From Salisapilia sapeloensis CBS 127946 (taxonomy: Eukaryota; Protista; Oomycota): a stretch of 64,000 nt of DNA. Of the stretch, positions 34,701 through 46,259 are shown in pieces. The position numbers were made by a program, and so were the translations under genes. The DNA lies in contig JAADVB010000085.1 of assembly GCA_023334545.1 (NCBI GenBank), forward strand, positions 1 through 64,000, in the 5' to 3' direction. The notes below the pieces were generated by a model. The model was not told the origin of the DNA. It searched no databases and saw only the letters and a list, made by a program, of their open reading frames with translations. The first letter of the stretch is position 1, and each line of letters opens with the position of its first letter.

Positions 34701-36191
34701 GCACACACCGCTGCCATTGCCAATAAAGTAGGGAGTGAATCTCCTGATGTTTATGTAGCTGGTAGTGGACACGCTTTAGGGCAAACGACACGTAGGTTTT
34801 GTCCTATTATATCGACACTTAGCAAGGAGCTTCGCGAGAATCCTCATGATGTACCAGAGTTTCCGGTCAAGGTCAGTTGTGGGAACGGTCATACGGCTAT
34901 CGTCACGAAGGCAGGAGAGTTGTTCACATGGGGTAAAAATACAGGTGGATGTACAGGACACCGTGTGGACCAACTTGACATTCCGCATCCTACTCGAGTC
35001 CATTCTTTCTTTCAGCGATCTAGAAACCTGTGTTGCGAAGCTGACGTCAAGGTGATGCAGTGCAGTCATAATGCCAATTGCGCTGCCGAAAATGCTCTGA
35101 ATCCTGCGAGTAGTTTATACGCGCAAACTCAACGAGAGAGGAATCCATTTTGGCAAATATCATTTCCAATGGAATGCCGATTCGAACGAGTAAGACTTCG
35201 ATTTCATAATCGACCGTCGTCTGCTGCCAGCACAGAAATGTCTTCGCGACGCTTAAGCGTATCTAGTACCACTTCTTACCAGCCAATGCAATCTGCACGC
35301 TCAATTACCTATTCTGTACTCATTAGTACTAGTCCGTTCTGTGAAGAAAAGAGAGGGAAATTTTCTCTCCAAGAAGCGAGGGCACAAAGTATATATTCGA
35401 ACCATACGCTGTCCCCAACAGAACAAGAAAGAAATTGGGACGTGCCACTGGATACTTACGGAGCATACTTGCGAATTCAAGTTGCAACCGAATCGCCTTT
35501 GATGCTGGGTTTGGAAAACGTACAAATTTGGGGCCGACCTACAAGCGAATATGAAGGTCCAAAAGTAGATGACATTGTCTGTGGTGATAATCTCACCGTA
35601 GCAATCTGCAGGCCACTTGCTTCTCATGAACATTTAGAGATGAAGTTTCTGCGAGCAATGCGTGCGGACCCAGAGCATCGATGGGTACTTCAGCAGATCA
35701 CCACCTTCCATCCATTCTTACCAGCTATCTCGTCGACTCTGTTGCCAGAACCTATGAACCAAAAGAAATGTGTTCTATGTAAACCTCGCGAAAAGTGCCC
35801 CATTTGCATCGTCGAGGAAGCTTATGCACATGCAAAGAGCGAGAGGAAAAGAGGGCAAGCAGATGATGTGGGTTCTACAAATGAACAGCTTTCTCTTGAA
35901 GAACTGTCCGAGAGGCTTTTGGCTTACACGAGCCGGGACGATGAAGAGGATGATGAACTAGATCATCCAGTAGGGTCTCTCCAGCAGCAACAAAAGCACA
36001 GTATCAATTCCGTTTTAATGAAAGGTAAACAGCAAGCTATCTCCTCTCTTCAGCAGATAAAGGCACAGTCTGACAAAGCACAGATACCAAAGGCATTGCG
36101 TTCGAAGCTACTGAAGAAATTTACTGCTCATTTTGTTCGTCCAAAGTTAATAAAAAGATGGACGAGAAACAAAAAGGAATATACGAATTGA
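31798..36191 (+). CDS. EF-hand + RCC1-repeat protein with an inserted discoidin/galactose-binding-like domain (3 introns near the 5' end)
   Basis: EF loops DVDGSGDIDFEEF, DTSHRGAISFEEF and DSEEEGGIDRETF. RCC1 repeats (IALGSRHAVAI..GKLYTWGVGSYGRLG; VCCGYGHTLAL; ISCGASHSAL; VSCGNGHTAI). NAL..YAQT..ERNPFWQI segment before the last blade. Confidence 0.8.
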
Positions 36192-36281
36192 GATATAATT
36201 TCTTTGTTCGGTACTTGCACGCACTGCACTCATTTCTTGTACCTTTGCACTCAAGGTTGAACAATATGACTACACATATGC

Positions 36282-39155
36282 CTAATTCGGACTTGCCATG
36301 TATTTGGCTTGCTGCATCAAATTAGACGTGTGATTCGCGCGTTCCAGCAGCGATTGAATCGTCGACATTGTAGATCCACCGGGTGTCGCCATGGGTGGGG
36401 AGATATCATCCACAACATCGAATTCTGCATCGAAGGAAGGACACGCGATCGAGTCTAGACTCAAACGGTTAAAGCCATACGTATCCCTCAAATCCGATTC
36501 TTCAAACTCCGGAACGGGGCCATCTGCTTCGTTCGCGATAGCCGCAACATGATCCAGCACACTTTCAATCGTCTCTTGTAAGCATTTCCAACTGTGCTCA
36601 CTCACCACTCCCTTCGCTTTTCTCTCTTTCGTTGTATAGAAATCCAATGTGCCAACGATGTGTGTATCGATCCAGATGGGGATACTCAAGTACGATCTTG
36701 CGTCCATGTCGAAGAGAATCGGATGACCGCGTAGTCGATCGTCGCTTTCCAAATCTTGCACGAAGAACGATTGACGGTAGTACAAAGCGTATCCCGACAA
36801 AATTTCCTGTCGCCTCTTCGCAAACTGATGATGCTTGAGGTTTTGCTCGTTCGATGGTGGCATCGACGTGTCTGCTATCAAATATCCTTTCTTATCGTCA
36901 ATCAACGCCACGGAGCATACTGTCCACCGCTCATTTGCATCTTCAATATCCGCATTGACCACTTGCAGCGCATTATTCGCAAGTACATGCGTAATTCGAT
37001 GCAGACGCGCCTTCCTAGCCACCGTTTGAATATCCCTATCCGAAGATGTGGATTTAGAGGTACCCTTGGCTTTGCTCTGATTCAGATATGCCGATAAACA
37101 GTTAACACGCTGACGTTCCTCATGCGGAGGTGGCAACGGTATCTTCGGGAATGGATTTCCCCAATCAAAGTCCAGTTCGTAGTCTGGAGGTGGTGCCTCT
37201 AGCTTTCGCATACCCATTTGCGATGCATCCTTGTTCACTCTCGATGCACCATTTGTACCTCTGTGTTCTCTTCTCTTTTCATGTACAAGACCAGAGAAGC
37301 TAATTCGACTCGGTACGCCCGATTCATCTTCCTCCGCCCTCCTTTCCACTCTCTTCTTTCGAGTACGTCTCGACTTAAGGGCATTCATTTGATCATTGCT
37401 GGATGTTATGGCAGTATTATCACCGCCTTCACCCTCGGAATTGTCCGTAGACGATCCGGATGTGCACTGTTCATCATCTGAAGTTTTGATACCAGGTGTT
37501 TGTAGATTCTCGCGGACGTGATTTGGACGTCTAGTTGGTACAGACGTGATCTCCTTTCGTACAAACACTTCATTGGATCCTTCGGCACTATCAACTGATG
37601 GTGTCCGACGTCTATGTGACACTGGTGTCGGTGGAGGCATGTCCATTCCTTCAAAGTACACTTGATTCTGATCTGCACATGCTCTACAAACCTTGTATCG
37701 ACCTGTTGTCAGCGCTCGACTCGTATCCGATTGATAAGTACGAGTGACACACGAGCTACAGACATCATGATGACACTCCTGGCACCGGTGCTTTCGTCGA
37801 AAGGTTGAAAAGCTCCGAGAGCAGACTGCACAGCCGACGACATGGGGTAGGATGTGGCCATACGCTTGTTTCGGATTCACGTCCATGGTCTTCATCCGAC
37901 TACGCGTATATATCGCGTCATCTCCAGACAAAAAGGTATTCGTAACTGGACTTGGACTTGATCGTAGATCCGCAGCATCGATAGGTCGTAGGCTACTCAT
38001 GTTCATTTGAGTTTTATACTTCTCTTCCGTACGACTGCGAGCTAGCCCAGGGATACCAGTGGCTTTAACGACATTATCAGAAGAAGAAGAGCTTGGCTCG
38101 TATGGAATCTCGTCCACGGACAAAGATCTCCTTCGTTGTCTCACCTCTGGCTCTGCTTTCGATGGAGTACCACGACTTGGTTTTATTTCTCCCGCGACGC
38201 CACGGGACGAGGTAATCACATCGGACCGCATCGTAGATTTATATGACGGAAGCATGGCTTCTAGATGAGCAAGGCGCTGGACGTCACGCATCATGCGCTG
38301 GCGAACACGATCGCTCTGCTTCTTTACTACTCCTGCGTTGTCGTCTTGGGCCATGTGGGACCTCCACCTCAGCTTCTGGCCAGGGTACACTTTCATTGGG
38401 TCGATCCCAACAAATTCACAAGAGCACGTCAACTGCACTTCGACGTTTAAAACCCCAGGCTCCACCTCCTGGACGACGTATGTGACACTAAATTCATTTC
38501 TAGACAAGTGCTTGGACTGGAGGCTTGCATGACGTCCACTAGCATTCGGATAAGCGATCGGCCAGAGGAGATGCATTAACGTGGGCACAGGCATCTTCCG
38601 AATCTCTCTTGACGACGTACGAGACTTTTGGAAGCGAGTGACGAGGGAATAACCAAGTAGGATGTGGCGTTCACCAAAGCCGATACCTTCCCCATTTGCA
38701 GCTGCCGGCTTTTGCTTTCGACGACTATTTGCATGGGAAGACTCTTTCGCATAGGCACGAAAATCTGCGGCATGCACTCCGACGTGCTCTCGTTCGTCCG
38801 TCGCATCGTGGAAGACGGACTTAAACGCGTCGACTAGACCACCTGCTCGAACGTTTTCCGGCACAAGTGTCGCAAATAGATCACGTCGCCGAGATCCGAG
38901 CGTCATTTCTACTTCGGTCAAGGATGCGTGGAGACGTCGACATGCCTTGATGGCGTAGCAAGTACCTCCCCGGGAGACTAATCCCTCATATAACTGAACG
39001 CCAGCCGAGGTTTCTACATTTGCAGGAAGGCTCGGTTCATGTCCTTCTAGACGTTTCCACTCGATGTGCTGGGAAACTTGGCGGCAAAAGGCTCGACCAG
39101 CAGTCAGTGCGTCTTCCCGGTCCTCCACCACGTGCAGTTTCGCGAGACCTGCCAT
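36282..39155 (-). CDS. START-like + FYVE + GAF domain protein (957 aa)
   Basis: FYVE CAVCSRSFSTFRRKHRCQECHHDVCSSC..KVCRAC. C-terminal GAF-like ERQRV..FFVQDLESDDRL.GHP...RSYLSIPI..VGTL. N-terminal START-like region. Confidence 0.8.
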   Translation of the reverse strand: MAGLAKLHVVEDREDALTAGRAFCRQVSQHIEWKRLEGHEPSLPANVETSAGVQLYEGLVSRGGTCYAIKACRRLHASLTEVEMTLGSRRRDLFATLVPENVRAGGLVDAFKSVFHDATDEREHVGVHAADFRAYAKESSHANSRRKQKPAAANGEGIGFGERHILLGYSLVTRFQKSRTSSREIRKMPVPTLMHLLWPIAYPNASGRHASLQSKHLSRNEFSVTYVVQEVEPGVLNVEVQLTCSCEFVGIDPMKVYPGQKLRWRSHMAQDDNAGVVKKQSDRVRQRMMRDVQRLAHLEAMLPSYKSTMRSDVITSSRGVAGEIKPSRGTPSKAEPEVRQRRRSLSVDEIPYEPSSSSSDNVVKATGIPGLARSRTEEKYKTQMNMSSLRPIDAADLRSSPSPVTNTFLSGDDAIYTRSRMKTMDVNPKQAYGHILPHVVGCAVCSRSFSTFRRKHRCQECHHDVCSSCVTRTYQSDTSRALTTGRYKVCRACADQNQVYFEGMDMPPPTPVSHRRRTPSVDSAEGSNEVFVRKEITSVPTRRPNHVRENLQTPGIKTSDDEQCTSGSSTDNSEGEGGDNTAITSSNDQMNALKSRRTRKKRVERRAEEDESGVPSRISFSGLVHEKRREHRGTNGASRVNKDASQMGMRKLEAPPPDYELDFDWGNPFPKIPLPPPHEERQRVNCLSAYLNQSKAKGTSKSTSSDRDIQTVARKARLHRITHVLANNALQVVNADIEDANERWTVCSVALIDDKKGYLIADTSMPPSNEQNLKHHQFAKRRQEILSGYALYYRQSFFVQDLESDDRLRGHPILFDMDARSYLSIPIWIDTHIVGTLDFYTTKERKAKGVVSEHSWKCLQETIESVLDHVAAIANEADGPVPEFEESDLRDTYGFNRLSLDSIACPSFDAEFDVVDDISPPMATPGGSTMSTIQSLLERANHTSNLMQQAKYMASPN

Positions 39156-39949
39156 GCTTGCTGCTCTTACGCTTTATGAAGACAAACTGAACGTAGGAGT
39201 TGTGATGCTACAATCGCAATTGGAATATTGCTATCGGAAGTGAGAAAGCGCAACAGTGCCGAGCAATCTGTGACTAACACAAGATGCGCTTTCAGCTGTC
39301 AAGTTGCGTGATCGCACCGAGGTTGACTGATTATATGAAGATGCGCTGGAACACCATTATTAATCTAAAATTTTGTATTAACGTAGTTGATGCGAAGTAT
39401 CCGCAAAGATACTTGTGAGTTATAGCGCTTTACGTTGGTAGAGAGCATACTCATGGAAGTAGAAATACACTTAGTCGTAGTGACGTGCATTACAGCTGGC
39501 ATATAAATGGCGCCAAGCTGAGATTTTGGTTTAGTACAGTGGCACATGCAGCTATCAGCTATGACTGCGTTAGCCAAGACTAGAGTGGGTGGATACTACG
39601 ATTCCTTGGCCACAGTACAATTGAACAGAAGCCATTAAGTTTCATGTCGCTCTTGACGGAAGAGAGGTTTAGAAAAATTGGAGCGGAATACGAGATAGGC
39701 ATGCCCTTGATCGAAAGTGGTCTTGTCTGACTACAAACCGATTACACGAGTTCGTCTGAGATTAGCACTATGCATGCAGGCGGCTGGCTAACATATCGCT
39801 TCACTTGTGACGACCACGACAGTTCACGTTACGCCTAAATGAAGGCCTGCTTCTTGGCCTATTCGTAGCCAAGGTAGATGCACATCCTCTTGAGCGCATA
39901 TCCTTCCTCTACTATTGTTCGTCAGCTATCAGCCTTCAAGATTCTTTTT

Positions 39950-41500
39950 AATCTGAGAAGCAGTGTTCGTGGAAACTTGACCTCACCTGTCCACTGTAAC
40001 GAGTATTTCCAAATCGAGGAGTTACTAGTCCGATAAAGTTTTAGTCGCCAGTGGCGGTAGCTTATGACAATACGAAGACTTGGTTTCGAATGTTAAAACT
40101 TGAACCAATACTGTCGATATTCCAAATCGAAAAATTGGTCTAGATGAGCGCGACGACGCAAAAGGAAGACTGGACTTAAAGGAAGCAAGAGCGGAGAGAT
40201 ACGTAGGAAATATTCTTTTGTCTCTTTCATGTGCAAACTGGCATACAGGTAGTTGTTGGTCGTGGTTCTGGGAATGCAGGCAGACGAAAAGTGCCATCGG
40301 AGATGGTAATGGAGGTCTCGAAAATCCAAACAACTTATGGGGCGGACGAAATGAGTGTGTACATTTGTGATTGAATCAAAGCCAAACTTATTTTATACAC
40401 ATAAACTTGTTTAAGGTGGCAAAAGACAACGATCGAGCGATAGCAAGTGCTCGCAAAGGTTCATGCTTATACAAAATTTGAAATGTACTATGGTCAACTC
40501 AAGTAGTGCTTTCGTGGAGTTAAGCGAAGCATTACACGCTAGAGGAGTCAAATTTGACTTTCGTGGGTACCGGACGGAATGGGAGAACGCAGGTAGACAC
40601 TTTCGCTCTAGCGTGCTTTGCTCTGGAGTATCTATTTTCACGAAGACACGTCCTTCCCTCTATACTGGTAGAGAGAATTTAAACATCCATCGCTAGAAGT
40701 TAGGGAAGTAGTTCCCTCTTCTCGTGTATGTGTTGAAGCAATGCATATGATAGCTAGATAAATCTGGTTAATATCAAGCGGCTTAGGTCTTTGCACACGA
40801 CCAAATACCTTGATGGAAGTTCCCATCGTCCAGACACAATAAATTACATCGAGTGTTCTAAATCAGATAAAAGTAGGCGAAAAGTTTAATAAAAAGTTGC
40901 GATCATGGATGAGATCGTAAGTGTTATGTGTCGCGATTTCTAGATATAGAAGCACAATGCTGTAGTTTGTGTGAGCTCTTAGGCGCTTTTATCCGCCTTA
41001 GCAGCTTGCTGTCGAACCAGGATTTTCATCGTTGATCTATCACTTTAATTGCCACTTACTTCTCGTCTACTCAGCTAGACTCTGACCTGTATCGAATTCA
41101 ACCATCTTCGTCCATTACGTCAGCTGCACAAGGAATGATCCGAATATGAAGCATTTGGAGGATCGAGTATTGAGTGATAATACTTCTCTCGACTATAAGT
41201 AAACTTCAATTTTATTTATAGTACGAAATCTTGAAGGCTTGTACACATTTGCTGGTTTAATAGTCATTTAAACTAGCACACAATCGATTTATTGTCAGGG
41301 AAGCGACTGATTACAGCCCAAACACGTTAAATTCCTCTAAGATGAGCACAACTTGGTGCTTTCAGTACATGAAGGCGCACCGTTATCAGCGTAAAGCAGA
41401 GAGCTGGTATCCAGTATGATTAGCAGTACAAGATTTTCACAGCCTAAGCAATGGTACGCCTCTGCAAGATGTCCACTTGGATACGATATCATTGGCTGAT
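39950..41500 (+). mobile_element. Possible highly degenerate Ty1/copia gag-pol relic
   Basis: Weak motifs in copia order across broken frames: SL*QYEDLVSNV (~40060, gag), ELSEALHARGVKFDF (~40520-40560, protease end), CSLCE (~40961), LDSDL (~41075). No LTRs seen. Confidence 0.3.
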
Positions 41501-41760
41501 TGGTTTTAAACGCATAGATCCCTATATCCGTGCAGTAAGACAGACTACCCGTACTACCATATCTTCAGACGTGAGATGTGATTAAGCTAGTATGCATGAG
41601 GACTTTCGTAGCTCCAATGAATTCGGCATGGTCGATTTTACTCGACATTGGACCTTTTCTGACTTCCCTCCTTGATCGTTCAAATCCGCTCTGATCACGG
41701 CTTTTGCTCCCCAGCTCACAAAGCATCAGCAAAAGATACCGCGAGCTACTTGATACAACT

Positions 41761-42468
41761 ATGAGCACTGAGAAGACCTGCCTCATTACAGGAGCAAACC
41801 AAGGTATCGGCCTCGGCCTCGCCGAAAAGATGATTCAAGCCGGCTGGAAGGTCATTGGTACCGCCCGTCAGCCGGACAAAGCGGACAAGTTGAAAGCGCT
41901 GAACCCGCTAAAGGTCATCCAACTAGACGTCACGGACGAAGATTCTATTCAATCTGCCGCTGAAGCTTGTAAAGGGATTTCCATCGACATTCTTGTTAAC
42001 AATGCTGGTATGGGATATGGAAGCAACGTCAGCGACTCCACGAAGCAGCAAATTATGGAGTCGTTCGAAGTAAACGCTGTTGGTCCATTTCTGGTGGCCA
42101 AAGCTTTTCGCCCAAACTTAAAGGCAGCGGCGGAGAAGTCAGGCGACGGTCAAGCGTACGTGATGAACACGACGAGCGGGTTTGGGAGTCTCAATTGGCA
42201 CGTGTTTCCTGATGTAGCGATACCATACCGTGCATCCAAGACTGCATTAAACATGCTCACGTTAAGCCTCTCAGCGGACATGAAGAACGACAATATCAAT
42301 GTCTTCCTTTTGTGTCCGGGCTACGTGTCTACCAACATAAACGCCTATATGGGCACCCTCAGCGTTGATGAAAGCTCGAACGCCATTATGACGAACCTGC
42401 TAACGAAATTGACACCTGATATCAATGGCAAATGGTACACCCACGAGGGAAACGTCAATCCGTGGTAA
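41761..42468 (+). CDS. Classical short-chain dehydrogenase/reductase, C-factor/CsgA-like (235 aa, intronless)
   Basis: LITGANQGIG (TGxxxGIG), LDVTD, LVNNAG, VNAVGP, Ser (TTSGFGS), YRASK (YxxxK), LCPGYVST, terminal PW. Confidence 0.92.
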   Translation: MSTEKTCLITGANQGIGLGLAEKMIQAGWKVIGTARQPDKADKLKALNPLKVIQLDVTDEDSIQSAAEACKGISIDILVNNAGMGYGSNVSDSTKQQIMESFEVNAVGPFLVAKAFRPNLKAAAEKSGDGQAYVMNTTSGFGSLNWHVFPDVAIPYRASKTALNMLTLSLSADMKNDNINVFLLCPGYVSTNINAYMGTLSVDESSNAIMTNLLTKLTPDINGKWYTHEGNVNPW

Positions 42469-43049
42469 GATTGGAGCGGAAAAGTAATCGTACACTCTTT
42501 AGCGTTCGTGTGTACGGCTCCAATCTGCACATATTCTGCAGCGGTGACAAATATCTGCGCTACAGCTTTCTGTAGGCAATCTTTTGAACTGTGGACGTTG
42601 GATTGACCAAGAATCAAGATAGTAAAAGAGAAATGAATGAACATCAGAGCTTCGAACAAAGATTTGTAACAATCGTTTCCTTTTATTGACGTATGGAGCA
42701 AGTAGCATACCCTGCCTCCAGTAATGCTTGTCAGATTATTTGCCAATTATCTATATTTTGCTACGATTACATTTCAGTCAGGCTTACCATTTCTCATACG
42801 GCAACGCAGAGTACTCCATACAATCGTTTCGATATACATTGGATAAACGTATTCAGTGTGTGGTACAGGTTATCTTAGTCCATCTTGTCAGCTTCCAACA
42901 GCTTTCTAGCCGTCATACAAAGCTCGCACTTTGGTCTTAAGCTGATTGTATAAAGCAAGCGTCTAGTTGAGTGGGCTTTAAACCAGCTCAGCTTCATTTG
43001 TGCCTGTATGCCCAACCTTTCGCTTGAGTATTAAATACCTACATGGTGT

Positions 43050-43800
43050 TTTTGTAGGCAAATGTATTTATGACATGAGCTAAACTATGAGTCGAAGCCA
43101 TGGACCTTCATCCTTTTAAGGTGTATGACCCAATAAAAAGAAGAGTGAGTAGTTGAGCATCTCATCAATAAAATACAGGAGCTTCAATCGTGGACGTCAA
43201 TCTTTGGCTTACAATGTATGCATCGATTGCAGTGACCTGGTATAGTAATTTCTTCTATTTCTAAATCTAGAAGTTGATTGTTAGAGTGTGCTTTCAATTG
43301 TTATCCATACAATGTGATTATGTCACTTGATGCTGTATCATTACGCTTCTACAACTTTACAAATACAAAGCAGTCTATGCTTCTTAGTTTTAACTTCTTC
43401 GCTTTTATCATGTATCCATGCACGCGAAGCTCCAGTTGCCATTTAACATCTCGACAGTATTCTCGAACACGTACCGACACGCATGAATGACCACCCACAA
43501 ACCCAAACGCTTAATAATCGAAAGAATCGTGAAGCTTTTACGAGTTGTCGTCAAGAGCAATGAGAGCTTTCGCGGACTTATTAATATCATGAATAAAGGG
43601 TAAAAGTAAATAAATAAGTTGTCGAAGCAAACATCTCTGTTGACAGTAAGTGGCCAATGCTCAAGTTGAAATTTCATCGCATTGTAGAACCAATGTCGTT
43701 AGCCTGCTCTTATGAAAGAGCTTACGCAGCGATGTTGACTCGATACATCAAAACTGTGTTTGTACTTTAGATTACTGGTAATCTAGAAATATATGTTGCG
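43050..43800 (-). pseudogene. Decayed trypsin-fold (S1) gene, copy B (limits approximate)
   Basis: Broken frames give QHRCVSSFI, VWVCGWS and EAPVFY. It shares TAAAATACAGG (43169-43179) with copy A (44597-44607) at the homologous APVFY codons. Confidence 0.45.
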
Positions 43801-44415
43801 TGAGTACATTTAAAAAAATAAGTCTATATCTTACACAAATGTATAATCTCAACGTGCTGTGCTACATAGAAAGATGCAAACCGGTTCGAGTAATTCATAA
43901 GGCTAAAATCCTACCACAACGACATCCCTATGCCCCCATATCGAGCGTACATTGCTTCTAGTGCTTAGCTCATCAGCACGACATGAGCTGGAGGTAAGCG
44001 TAGGAGAGCAGTTAGGAAACGCAATAAGTTTGATTTACAGTAGAATTAATTTCGATGTCGGTCATACAAGGTAAAAGACCTCAATATATGGTAGGATGGT
44101 CCTTGCTGCTCCGAGAGGATTCATTGTCGAAACAAGAGGCATATCACAAGGATCTAGTACAACCAGAATTGAAAATCCTTCCTTTGGTAAGCATTGTCCT
44201 AAACTAGCGTCGTACTGGATCAACTACATCACCATGTTAAAAATCCAACTCCTAAAAGCTTTGTTAAACTCTAAACTCTCCGTTCTGCAGTGAGCTACAG
44301 CAAGTTGGTCCACGAAACTAATCCAAAAACAGAATGGAATGGAAACAGTTTGCATGATTGTATTGATTAAAGACAATTAAAGCATTCTTTTGCTTACCAA
44401 TTGATTTTTGTTGCC

Positions 44416-45264
44416 TTATCTTAGTGTCAGTTTGATCATCATTGTTATCTCATGGATGAGTTGGATGCTAGAGATCTGGACCTTGGGATGTGATTTCGCG
44501 AAGTTCCATATATGATGCATTGGAATATTGATCACATGCCACTGCGCTCCACATACTAGGTCATACCAGATAGTCATTGCTATCAGTTTACCATCGTAAA
44601 ATACAGGTGCACCAACATCACCCAGGCAAGGAGGGGTCAAAATTGCCTTGATCCACATATTGCGATCCGTTACGTTAGACAGTGCCTCGTCGGGGTAAGA
44701 GCCTACGTACTGCAGCATATTCCACTCCATTTTGCAATCTTTCTAATCAGATACTTTCATCTATCCAATTCGAAGACGATGCTTCTCCTTCTGTACTGAT
44801 TCGATGCCGTATCCGGTATGTTCCAATCTCGCGAAAAGCGAAAGACTGAACTCTTCCTCAATGTGAGCTGGTGGAGTGAATATATATATTCTCTGACTTC
44901 AAAATAACTTCCAGCAGAGCAAAATCAGTCCCTGTATCGGCTTTCACGTCGAACGCTGGGCCAAACAGCACACGAGCTACTGTGCTGCTGCGTAGGCCTT
45001 CGTTGTTACTAAAGGTTTTTGTTTGTCTTGCAAAACACTAATTGATTTGATGGGTATGAACTCTTTCACATTACTATTGTACATCAATACATAGTGTTCA
45101 GCAGTGACTACGCACTTCGAAGACATAAAGAAGTCAGTGCAAACGCGTTTTCATTCCCTCGGATGAAATGCAACGACGGAAATTACATAACGTATATTGT
45201 CATGGGACTGGATTGCTTCTCCGTTTTGAAATCGATTCTCATCGCTTCGACTCATTTTTCCCAT
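44416..45264 (-). pseudogene. Decayed trypsin/chymotrypsin-fold (S1) serine-protease homolog, copy A
   Basis: Ordered S1 motifs across stops and about 2 frameshifts: RVCTDFFMSSKCVVTAEHYV (His), GTDFALLEV (Asp), TGYG, KDC, PCLGDVGAPVFYDGKLIAMTIW..C (catalytic Ser position reads Val). Confidence 0.7.
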
Positions 45265-45439
45265 CAAGCCCTTCGCGTCGAATGCTTAAATTTAGCTATC
45301 AAAAGCAAAAAATGGTTTGTTTCTTGAATGGTACAGACGAAGATAGCAAGATGCCAGTGACTATGAAGAAGGTAACAACCGTCAAGATTGATATGTGTCA
45401 ACGGAACATGTAGACGCGATAGCTTGTAGGCTTCTTGTC

Positions 45440-46010
45440 GTAGAAGCAAAACGGAGAATGGCGAGTGTTTTATGCCAACACTCAATGACGATACACTCGA
45501 GCGGTAAATGCAGCATATCTCGTATAATGTGTTGACCACCGATTACCTATGATGTTTGTTGCTAAAGAAGCATGATCTAAACACCTACAGCATCTCCTAT
45601 GAATGCTTCGACTACACATCAAACTGGTGAAGACCAAGGTCTTTCATAAAATCAACGCAGTGCTCGGTATTCATATCAGCTGTATAGCTTTATACCCCGC
45701 AATGAAGGAAAATAAATCGTGCTCGAGTGGTTTAGCTCTTCATAAGACGCCATCACTTTGATACCAAGATCTACCTTGCAATGTATCGATTTCGAAAAGC
45801 AGAGTAGACTTCTTCGAATTTAGGCAGTTAATGATGATAGGTGGTTGCCCATTGGCTTCTCCTGGTCCTCCTGTAGCTTACTAGTGTCTTCTATTCGAGT
45901 GTCTTGACGCAATATTCGGTAACTAAATCTACCGGATCACCGACTGAAGATCTTGGTATCATCAACGGTATTTAATACAAGAGCCATGCATGTTAATTCG
46001 TGGGTTTCTC
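45440..46010 (-). pseudogene. Decayed trypsin-fold (S1) gene, copy C (limits approximate)
   Basis: Ordered remnants TCMALVL, LVTEYCV, STLLFEI, FIAGY, EAFIGDAVG, IIGNRWS and AAFTARV, in the canonical S1 order. Confidence 0.4.
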
Positions 46011-46259
46011 TGGTGGAGACATGCAAAATATCTTCGATTGATATATTCGTGAAACTGAAGATCTATCCCATAGTTGCTTTGTGTAGTGGTCTAAGCAAAT
46101 AAATGCTCATCATCGCTCTATTATAGGCGCACGATTGCATGCTTGTCATGACTTTCACACTGAAATCACTAGACGCGATGGTCTTACGTACGGACACTTA
46201 AACTGAGTAGGCAGCCTACGAGTTACCATAGTTCATTTCACTTATCAAGTCGCTTCAGA

